A program made the position numbers and the translations under genes. This document shows, piece by piece, positions 19,737-27,393 of a stretch of 64,000 nt of DNA. How positions within the stretch are numbered: the first letter of the stretch is position 1; each line of letters opens with the position of its first letter. The notes under the pieces were generated by a model, which was not told the DNA's origin, searched no databases, and saw only the letters and a program-made list of their open reading frames with translations. Origin of the DNA: Tannerellaceae bacterium (GTDB lineage Bacteria; Bacteroidota; Bacteroidia; Bacteroidales; Tannerellaceae). Location: NCBI GenBank assembly GCA_031255855.1, contig JAIRRS010000002.1, forward strand, positions 227 through 64,226, in the 5' to 3' direction.

Positions 19737-22700
19737 TCATTTTTTTATTAGTTTTGCTTTTACTCCTTCCGGGTGTAGCCAGCCATAGCCATTCTGCTGA
19801 AGTTTTTTTATCAGGTCGTCGAAATCATCGTCTGTCCAACTTGGGTATGTTTTCAAAAACACGTCCAAATAAGGGCGGGCTCCTTCATCCCAATCCTTCC
19901 AGCCGGGAAATTCATACTGGTAATCTATCTGCAAAAGGTGGGGCGTGTCTTTCCCTCCATCTCCATAAGTTGAAAATGTAACCGCATAATTTCCATAAGG
20001 ATATATGGCTATACGATCCCCTTCCGTATGCAACATGGATATGTTCTTTCCGGTATATGTATCCCACACATAGACTTTGCCGCGGGTAGTGGAAAGCGCA
20101 AAACGTTCATTCGGGAGAAATTGCACATCCGTCGGTATGATATTGATGATTTCGTCAAATTCCCTAACTATCTGCAAGGTGCTCAAATCCATCAGTATAA
20201 TCTTATTCAAAAAACCCATTAACAATTTCGTACGATCATGATTGATACCCATGCAACAAACATCTTTATGGAGCGTATGTTTTACTTTCCCACGGTCTAC
20301 ATCCCATAACAGAACTTCCGCATAAAGTCTGTAGAAATGGGTAGACATCGTGATTACGGATGTTCTGTCCGAACCAAAATAAGCGCTCCTTATTTCATGG
20401 TTGTGGGTAAGTGTACGGATGCATTTTTGTTTTTTTATATCCCATATCTTAACCGTTTTGTCTTCACTGCCCGACAAGAGATATTTATCATCCAAACTAA
20501 CGTCTAATGCAGTAATGGGAGACTTATGACATTTATCGAACGAAAACAAATAGTTGCCGGTGAAAGCATCGAATACCTTTATCGGTTCGGTATATAAATT
20601 TACGGCAAAAAGGAGTTTTTTGTCGGGACTCACTGTAAACAGGTTTACAGCTCCTTCTATCCGGCAAATACTCTTTTCGTTTACAATATCATACAAGTGC
20701 CCATCGGCAATGGTCTTGCAATCGGCCGTCACCAAATGATTAACTGCAACCTCTCTGGCTGCCCTTTTTTCAGTAAAAGTCCGGAGGCCCTTGATCCGGC
20801 AATACTTCCCGAGTTCGGCATTCAACTCTACATACGAAGATAAATTCACGACATAAGGGATTGTATCTATCTCTTCTATCAGGTCTAATGCTTTCTGTAT
20901 TTCTCTGTTTTTAAGATTTTTATTGATTTTTTCTTTTATCATATGAAAATGAGACTCATGCTCCAAACTCTCTTTCGCGCTAATAATGTGGGTTAACGAC
21001 CAATTAATAACGGAATAGTTTTTTCGGGGAAGGAATGGAAAACACATCAATGACTTGTTTCCGGTTTTCTCCATAAGGTATATAGGGTATGTCGTAACAA
21101 AGAAATATTCATTGGAAGAATGGAAAGCAAATGCTTTAAAGAGGCCGCTATAATAAGATATTTTGCTTTGTCCGGTTTGCATGTCCATTAATTTCGAAAT
21201 TAATGATAGTATATAAACATGGCGGTTATCCGGGCAAAAATGCATGTTCGTTCCAAAACCTTTATCATAAGAAGATACCAGCCTGCCAGAAGATACATCC
21301 AACAACCAGAATTCTCCCGTGTTGAAATTCACTCCTGCCATATCGTCGTTAAAAGTGAAATGGAGCGCTTCAACAGAAGATTCACAGGCCCTGTCCCATA
21401 TCAGATTACCATTAGCCGTATCAAATAATTTTATCCTTTTATTCTTATTTCCTGTAACGAAATAGTTTTTATTATTACTGAAACAGGCGGCCGACACTTC
21501 TTCTTCATCAATCGTTATGGTCTGAATACGTTTTCCTTCAACTGTGTCCCATTTGATTAATTTCCCCGACCGGGCATCATCTTCCCAAACCAAAGCCCAC
21601 ACTTGTTCGTTATCCGGACTGAAACAGGCGGTTTTCGGTTTGTCGTTTGCCAATAAGTCGTCTGTAAATGTCCGGACGCATCGTCCCTCTTCCGCAAGCC
21701 ACAGGCAAATGGCGTTGCCGCTGATGTTGTTCATGAAGTCTACCTTCTCCTTAATCATATACGTTTCAATAAACTTATCCATCAAAACATCTTTGTCGAT
21801 ACCCGGTATATTTTTGTACATTGAAACATACAGGTCGTTAACAAAATACTTGGCTATATTTTTCATATTTAATACAGGAGGAATGGTTTTCAATACGCTT
21901 TTTTTATTGCCTATTGCGTTATGGGTTAATACATATTTACCGTCATGACTGATGCAAAAGGCCGACGACTGGATTTTCGGCCATGCATGTTTGTATATTA
22001 ATTGTGCTTTATCGGGCACGTCTCTGAATGAATAATTGATTTTCCATTTTTCAACTCCTATTCTCGAACAGGCTATGATTGCAGATTCTTCTTCCATCCA
22101 TTGCAACAACTCGGCATAATGGAGCTCTTCAGACAATGTTACGCCGGGTTTGGGAACTTTAACGTCGCATCCATGTCGTTCGAGAAATTCCATCAACACG
22201 ATGTAATTTTTATACGTCAAATGGTTCTTGAAAACATTTGTCATTTTACTATCCATTATCATGCCCAGTTCACTGTAATTGTAATTTTCCATACAAAAAT
22301 TAGCAAACAACCAGGCTGCATGATGGTCATATTGATGTTCCCGGTACATGTTTTTCACCATATTCAGCGCTTTCTCGTCATCTATCCTGGCATTCCGCCA
22401 AAGATAAACGGCATAATTGAATACGGCATCGGGGTGGTTCGGGTCAATAACGATTGCCCTTTCCCAGCATTTTTCAGCCTCTTCAGGCATTTTCATATCC
22501 AGATACGAAAGCGCTTTATTGTTTAAACTACCCGCGCTCTCGCCGGCAGCTTTTGGTTGCAAACGAAGGTATAGGCGTCCTGTTATCCCGTGATAAATAT
22601 CCTGCAATTCTTTTTCTATGGCTTCGAATCCGGGACGTAGCTGTTCGTCTTCCAAAAAACAGTGGTCGAAAAGGTCTTGTATCTTGTGGCGTATGTCTAT

Positions 22701-23468
22701 CCGCGGGGTTTTTGCATATTCTTTCCATTTATGTCCTAAGTTTTTTCCGTCTTTCCATTCCGGGGGGCGTTTCCCGATAAACATTTCAAGCAATGTGGCC
22801 GCCCAGTTCCATACGTCCGATTTGTCTGTAAGTTTCTTTTGAGGGTTTGCTTGTTCGGAAGAACGATAAGCTAATGTATAGGTCTCTTTACGGGCTTTTG
22901 AAATCCCGAAATCGGCTATCTTTACTGTGCCTTCTTTCGAAAGTAATATATTGGAAGGTTTAATGTCGCGATGTAATATTGTTTGGTGGGCATACTGCAA
23001 ACCACGAGCCATTTGAATAGCTATGTCCAAAAATCGTTCTATTATTTCCTCTTCGTCGCCTTCATAGAGCGGCCCTTTGCCTTCGCCTATAAAGTCCTTT
23101 AGGTTACCCCCGTCCATCCATTCGGAAAATATAGAAAGGATTCCGTCCGTATCACGTACATAATAGCAGGATACGATATGCGGATGAAGGCCGAGGTCTA
23201 TCCAGGTTTTACACTCATCGAGGAATTGCTCCTTGTATTCTTCTCCTTCAAGAATGGATTGTTTCATAGCCAGGTCTACATTCCATCTCTTGTGGTGTAC
23301 GCGGAATACTTGCCCCATATGCCCTTTAAAAGGGCCTTCTTTTATTTCGTACATGTTGAGGAATGTATCCCCTATCTTGATACCGGAAGAAGAGGCCTTG
23401 TGCAGCGCATTGTCTGTCGACGTTATTTCCCCCAGATTGAATTTCGTTTTATCTTCATTGTTTTCCAT
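19737..23468 (-). CDS. Ser/Thr protein kinase – TPR – two WD40 beta-propellers (1243 aa)
   Basis: The kinase core spans residues ~38-295 with VDLAMK (Lys68), HRDIKPSNILL, DFG and DVWNWAATLLEM. A TPR-like segment (EEAEKCWERAIVIDPNHPDAVFNYAVY) follows. WD40 signatures occur in two blocks, for example LLSGSEDKTVKIWD. There is no P-loop and no TM segment. Confidence 0.85.
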   Translation of the reverse strand: MENNEDKTKFNLGEITSTDNALHKASSSGIKIGDTFLNMYEIKEGPFKGHMGQVFRVHHKRWNVDLAMKQSILEGEEYKEQFLDECKTWIDLGLHPHIVSCYYVRDTDGILSIFSEWMDGGNLKDFIGEGKGPLYEGDEEEIIERFLDIAIQMARGLQYAHQTILHRDIKPSNILLSKEGTVKIADFGISKARKETYTLAYRSSEQANPQKKLTDKSDVWNWAATLLEMFIGKRPPEWKDGKNLGHKWKEYAKTPRIDIRHKIQDLFDHCFLEDEQLRPGFEAIEKELQDIYHGITGRLYLRLQPKAAGESAGSLNNKALSYLDMKMPEEAEKCWERAIVIDPNHPDAVFNYAVYLWRNARIDDEKALNMVKNMYREHQYDHHAAWLFANFCMENYNYSELGMIMDSKMTNVFKNHLTYKNYIVLMEFLERHGCDVKVPKPGVTLSEELHYAELLQWMEEESAIIACSRIGVEKWKINYSFRDVPDKAQLIYKHAWPKIQSSAFCISHDGKYVLTHNAIGNKKSVLKTIPPVLNMKNIAKYFVNDLYVSMYKNIPGIDKDVLMDKFIETYMIKEKVDFMNNISGNAICLWLAEEGRCVRTFTDDLLANDKPKTACFSPDNEQVWALVWEDDARSGKLIKWDTVEGKRIQTITIDEEEVSAACFSNNKNYFVTGNKNKRIKLFDTANGNLIWDRACESSVEALHFTFNDDMAGVNFNTGEFWLLDVSSGRLVSSYDKGFGTNMHFCPDNRHVYILSLISKLMDMQTGQSKISYYSGLFKAFAFHSSNEYFFVTTYPIYLMEKTGNKSLMCFPFLPRKNYSVINWSLTHIISAKESLEHESHFHMIKEKINKNLKNREIQKALDLIEEIDTIPYVVNLSSYVELNAELGKYCRIKGLRTFTEKRAAREVAVNHLVTADCKTIADGHLYDIVNEKSICRIEGAVNLFTVSPDKKLLFAVNLYTEPIKVFDAFTGNYLFSFDKCHKSPITALDVSLDDKYLLSGSEDKTVKIWDIKKQKCIRTLTHNHEIRSAYFGSDRTSVITMSTHFYRLYAEVLLWDVDRGKVKHTLHKDVCCMGINHDRTKLLMGFLNKIILMDLSTLQIVREFDEIINIIPTDVQFLPNERFALSTTRGKVYVWDTYTGKNISMLHTEGDRIAIYPYGNYAVTFSTYGDGGKDTPHLLQIDYQYEFPGWKDWDEGARPYLDVFLKTYPSWTDDDFDDLIKKLQQNGYGWLHPEGVKAKLIKK

Positions 23469-23487
23469 TTCAAAACCTGTGATTAGT

Positions 23488-24252
23488 TCATGGTACTTTA
23501 TCCGCCCAAATGAGAGCCATTTCCTTGGCTTCTCTTAAATAAGATCTGTGATCGAATGTATCTTTTATTTTTTTGATGATTATCTTCCGGTTACTCTCTA
23601 TGGCGCTAACATCTATTCCTAATATATTGCTCATTTCTTTATTGGAATAACCTTCGCCCAATAATTTAACGACGTCATTCTCACGGCAAGTAAACCAGAA
23701 TCCGGGTTTGTCGCGCTGTAGGATTACCTTACTCTTGCCACAATGAGGTATTCCGTCGGACATCGCAATGTCTATGCCTCTGCTAATTTCCATTATCGGC
23801 GAATTCTTGGAAACATGGCCTATTCCCAATTCTGCCAAAAGCCTTATCGGATACCAATGGGTATATCCGGAGTAAACTAATATCTTCATATCGGGATACA
23901 AGCCTTTCATCTCTTTACAAAAGTCTATCCCATTGCCTTCCGGTATTTTGTACAATCTTCTTACCTCCTCTACCGGCATAGGGATGAATTTTTCTTTTTT
24001 CTCCTTCCGTATAATATCCATCTCTATCCCGTTCGTGTCGCTGATATCAAGCAACAAAACATCGGGCAGTTTATATCCTTTCAATAAATCACTTGCCAAC
24101 TTCCTTCTACATTCTTTTAAAGAATCGGAACGTCCAACGACCTCCGCAAAACGTGAATCCTCGATATGTTTTTCTACCTCATCAGCAATCATTATGTGGC
24201 GATCGGCAAGGTAGACTCGTATTTTGTCTTCATTGGCTGCCTCTTTTTTCAT
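23488..24252 (-). CDS. NarL/LuxR-family response regulator with an atypical receiver (about 30-aa loop duplication)
   Basis: The receiver has IRVYLAD…, DVLLLDISD (putative acceptor Asp69), KILVYSGY and HVSKNS. The C-terminal LuxR HTH reads NDVVKLLGEGYSNKEMSNILGIDVSAIESNRKIIIKKI. The segment TNGIEMDI… recurs as MP…GNGIDFCKEM…. Confidence 0.75.
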   Translation of the reverse strand: MKKEAANEDKIRVYLADRHIMIADEVEKHIEDSRFAEVVGRSDSLKECRRKLASDLLKGYKLPDVLLLDISDTNGIEMDIIRKEKKEKFIPMPVEEVRRLYKIPEGNGIDFCKEMKGLYPDMKILVYSGYTHWYPIRLLAELGIGHVSKNSPIMEISRGIDIAMSDGIPHCGKSKVILQRDKPGFWFTCRENDVVKLLGEGYSNKEMSNILGIDVSAIESNRKIIIKKIKDTFDHRSYLREAKEMALIWADKVP

Positions 24253-24881
24253 ACGTCCGTTATTTTTTGCGGGTCTTCTATTTCTATACTTATTTCCGTT
24301 TCCAATCCCGGCGTCGAATGGATTATCATCCGTCCGTCCAAAGCCTCCACACAGGTACTGATATTGGCCAGTCCTTTTCCTATGCCTACATGGTCGGGAT
24401 CGAAGCCTATGCCATCGTCGCGTACCGTAACCGACAGGAAATCGTCATCTACCGTCAATTGTACCCATATTTTCTCCGGGTTCCCATGTTGCACGGCATT
24501 GTCTATTAATTCACGCGTGCACCGATAAATAATCACTACCAAACGGTTATTCAATGACGGTTGTATTCCATATGAACTGAAATACGTCTTCGGAATCATC
24601 TCGCAATAATCTTTTACGGCGTATTTCAACCCCATGGATAATAAAGAAGCAACCGGTTCCAAATCGGCATCCGATTTCGTAAGCCACGAATCGTGTACCT
24701 CCATCCCTTTTGTAAATGCCTTAACATCCTCGCCATCTACAATTGATAACGTCTTCATTTTACCAATCACCCTTTTCTGAACCACGTTTGCCTCCTTCAT
24801 TGGCCAGGCTTTTGCAGATTGGCTTACTTGTTCCTGTTTTCCAACAGATTTGTCTCTTTGTTCCATACTCCAGGTTCTCAT
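24249..24881 (-). CDS. Sensor-less NarL-class (HisKA_3-type) histidine kinase core, cytoplasmic
   Basis: It has a possible H-box EVHDSW, the N-box YRCTRELIDNAVQHG, G1 RDDGIGFD and G2 GIGKGLANISTCVEALDGRMIIHSTPG. Only about 60 residues precede the H-box, with no TM or PAS domain. There is a 4-nt overlap with the response-regulator gene. Confidence 0.65.
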   Translation of the reverse strand: MRTWSMEQRDKSVGKQEQVSQSAKAWPMKEANVVQKRVIGKMKTLSIVDGEDVKAFTKGMEVHDSWLTKSDADLEPVASLLSMGLKYAVKDYCEMIPKTYFSSYGIQPSLNNRLVVIIYRCTRELIDNAVQHGNPEKIWVQLTVDDDFLSVTVRDDGIGFDPDHVGIGKGLANISTCVEALDGRMIIHSTPGLETEISIEIEDPQKITDV

Positions 24882-24893
24882 ATCTTATCTTAC

Positions 24894-24901
24894 AAATATA
24901 A
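24894..24901 (-). promoter_or_regulatory. Candidate Bacteroidetes -7 box (TAtaTTTG) upstream of the HK gene
   Basis: Plus-strand CAAATATA equals minus-strand TATATTTG, matching the TAnnTTTG consensus. It lies 13 nt upstream of the start at 24881. Confidence 0.3.
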
Positions 24902-24922
24902 ATTAAATTCCTTTCTTTCAGT

Positions 24923-25462
24923 CTATAACCTATGCTTAATCTTGTCGTTTTTATTATTATCCGGTTCCGCCGCCGGTTTCCGGTATTGTATTTCAATTCG
25001 TCCGTCTTTATACCTGTTTATCATTACCTTGTCAATAGCGGCGGCCTCGGTGCGATATTCATCTTCATTGGGTGTAAATCCTTTCGGGATAAGAAAGACG
25101 TACAGTGTTTCCGCCTGGCTGTCGTTGCCTCCCGTAACAAACCTACAAACGAACTTTCCCGAATCATTCACCGGGACTGAAGGGTAAGCAGCGTATGGTT
25201 TTGGCCCCCATATCCGTCCGCCGCGTTCTACCTGGAGCGACATCGTGATCTTGTAATCGCCATATCTCCCTACGCCATCTGTTAATTCTATACGGCCGAA
25301 CACCGTACCGCCCTTACCTATAGCAGGTACAGAGTCTATTTTCAATTGTACTACCCCTTGCGCCATTACCTTGCTACACAAGCATAATACCGACAATACA
25401 AAAAAGAGAGAGATTCTTTTTCTCAGGCCAATCCTTTTTTTAACTACTTTCATGGTTTTCAT
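24923..25462 (-). CDS. Small secreted hypothetical protein
   Basis: The 179-aa protein has a basic N-terminus, a hydrophobic signal (ISLFFVLSVLCLCSKVMAQG) and a beta-rich body. I recognise no motif in it. Confidence 0.6.
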   Translation of the reverse strand: MKTMKVVKKRIGLRKRISLFFVLSVLCLCSKVMAQGVVQLKIDSVPAIGKGGTVFGRIELTDGVGRYGDYKITMSLQVERGGRIWGPKPYAAYPSVPVNDSGKFVCRFVTGGNDSQAETLYVFLIPKGFTPNEDEYRTEAAAIDKVMINRYKDGRIEIQYRKPAAEPDNNKNDKIKHRL

Positions 25463-25495
25463 TTTTAACTGGTTTTATTTGTTTAACTTCAAAAG

Positions 25496-25503
25496 CAAAA
25501 ATA
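25496..25503 (-). promoter_or_regulatory. Candidate -7 box (TAttTTTG) upstream of the 179-aa gene
   Basis: Plus-strand CAAAAATA equals minus-strand TATTTTTG. It lies about 34 nt upstream of the ATG at 25462. Confidence 0.3.
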
Positions 25504-25717
25504 GAGAACCCTGTTTTCCTATATAGCCCCACTTTTGGAACGTTTTTTACCCCGGAAACGGGTTAAAATAATACCTGAAAATTGATTATTGGCATGATAC
25601 CCATAGGTGGTTTTCATAAAAATTTCTCTAAATAAGAGAAAAAGAAACGCTTTTATATATCAAATACTTGTTTTTGGCAGAAACAAATATTTATTTTGTG
25701 ATAAAACTAAAGATACC

Positions 25718-27268
25718 ATGATAAACAATCGTTTACTTCTTTCATTCGTGGGGTTTTGCATGGCTCTGCTACCCTTATACGCACAAGAAAAAGCTATCGA
25801 AAAAATTATCCAAACCGGACAAACGGACAACCGTGTCATGCACCATCTGGACATCTTGACAAACCGCTTCGGAGGACGGTTGGTAGGCTCCGGCGCTTTC
25901 GAAGATGCAACCCAATGGATGGTAAGGGAATATAAAAGTTGGGGATTGGATGTGAAACTGGAAGAGGCCGGAAGTGTTCCCGTAGGGTTTAACCGGGGGC
26001 CTTGGTCTGGACGTATGCTCAGCGACAACGGAATGATCCTGCATTTCGCCACCCCTTCTTTTACTTCCGGCACGAAAGGCCTGCAACGCGGCCATGTGTT
26101 GATTGAACCAAAAACACAGGACGAATTTAAACATATGAAAGGGGCGTTGAATGGCGCTTGGGTACTGATATCAGGTAAAAACGACGGATTTCCCATAGAC
26201 CGCTCACATTCCGGGGATTCTATCCGTGCCATTATAAAAGCCGAGAACGAAAAAATTACAACAGAAAACCGGGAGCGGATGCTTCGGAACCGGACAAACA
26301 GGGAAAACAACGAGATGTTGCCTTACAGAGAATTTCCTGCTTTGTTTTACCATGAAATGTGCGAGGCAGGCGTATTGGGTTTCATTCAATCATCACCTGT
26401 ACCTATCCGCGCGTTATACGACCGAAAAATGATAGACAGCGGGGAGTTGACTTTCGACAATTTGCCTGATAAACCGGATATCAAACTCGACGAACACCAG
26501 TTTGCCCTTATTGAACAAATGACCAAAGAACGGCGCGAATTTCTCCTTGAATTCGACATCCGAAACCATTTCCGTATCGGCCCTGTCAAATATCACAACC
26601 TTGTTGCTTCTATCAAAGGGAGCAAATACCCCGACGAATATGTGATAGTAAGCGCGCATCTCGACGCGTACGACGTCGCCACGGGAGGCATTGACTGCGG
26701 TACGGGCATCGGCCCGATGATGGAAGCGGCTCGTATGATTGCCTTGTCGGGAGCCAAACCCAAACGCACCATCCTCTTTATCGCTTTTGCCGCCGAAGAA
26801 TTCGGACTGCTTGGCGCGAAAGCTTTTGTCAAGGCACACCCCGACATGTTGCCAAAAATCGCCAACTTGTTCAACCGTGATGGAGGGCCGTTGCCACCCG
26901 TTGGTATCACCGTCCCCCCAGCCATGTATGATGATTTCGTGGAAATTTGCGAACCCATCAAAAAAATCCGTCCCGGCTATCCGTTTGAAGTGAAAAAGCA
27001 GGAGAAGCCCACTCCGCGGCCTAAAGTACCCAGTAGCCACGATGGTTCGGTATTTGCCGTAGAAGGAGTCCCCATCTTCAATTTCACCACCGAAGATTTT
27101 AAAGGATACAACTTCAATTACGGAGAAATCTGGCACACCGAACGCGACCTCTACACCAAAAACATCCCTGAATACCAGGAGCACACCGCCACCTGTATCG
27201 CCCTCGCCGCCCTGGGTGTAGCCAACCTCAACCACCAATTATCACGAGAACAAGCATATGCCGAATAA
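25718..27268 (+). CDS. M28-family zinc aminopeptidase, secreted
   Basis: The signal peptide begins at the ATG at 25718 (MINNRLLLSFVGFCMALLPLYAQ). Metal-ligand blocks are SAHLDAYD, GIDCGTG and FAAEEFGLLGAKAF. The ORF-track start at 25607 adds an implausible leader. Confidence 0.85.
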   Translation: MINNRLLLSFVGFCMALLPLYAQEKAIEKIIQTGQTDNRVMHHLDILTNRFGGRLVGSGAFEDATQWMVREYKSWGLDVKLEEAGSVPVGFNRGPWSGRMLSDNGMILHFATPSFTSGTKGLQRGHVLIEPKTQDEFKHMKGALNGAWVLISGKNDGFPIDRSHSGDSIRAIIKAENEKITTENRERMLRNRTNRENNEMLPYREFPALFYHEMCEAGVLGFIQSSPVPIRALYDRKMIDSGELTFDNLPDKPDIKLDEHQFALIEQMTKERREFLLEFDIRNHFRIGPVKYHNLVASIKGSKYPDEYVIVSAHLDAYDVATGGIDCGTGIGPMMEAARMIALSGAKPKRTILFIAFAAEEFGLLGAKAFVKAHPDMLPKIANLFNRDGGPLPPVGITVPPAMYDDFVEICEPIKKIRPGYPFEVKKQEKPTPRPKVPSSHDGSVFAVEGVPIFNFTTEDFKGYNFNYGEIWHTERDLYTKNIPEYQEHTATCIALAALGVANLNHQLSREQAYAE

Positions 27269-27290
27269 TTGAACCTCTATTATTAAAAAT

Positions 27291-27324
27291 TCATTTGGAT
27301 GCTTTTCTAAAAGCATCCAAATGA
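27291..27324. terminator. Bidirectional hairpin between the convergent M28 and HTCS genes
   Basis: tcatttggatgctttt / aaaagcatccaaatga form a 16-nt perfect palindrome with an effective 15-bp stem. It sits between the stops at 27268 and 27394. Confidence 0.5.
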
Positions 27325-27393
27325 TCCTCCGGCATCATCTAAATGAAAACCGGAAATCATGCAGATGAATTTCTCGTCAGGGTACTTTTTCCG

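Noticed and set aside
13684-25462. Whether the kinase/protease cluster is a mobile island bounded by repeats.
   Set aside because: I found no flanking direct or inverted repeats, integrase, transposase or tRNA at its borders. Only a qualitative AT-richness distinguishes it, so I make no mobility claim.
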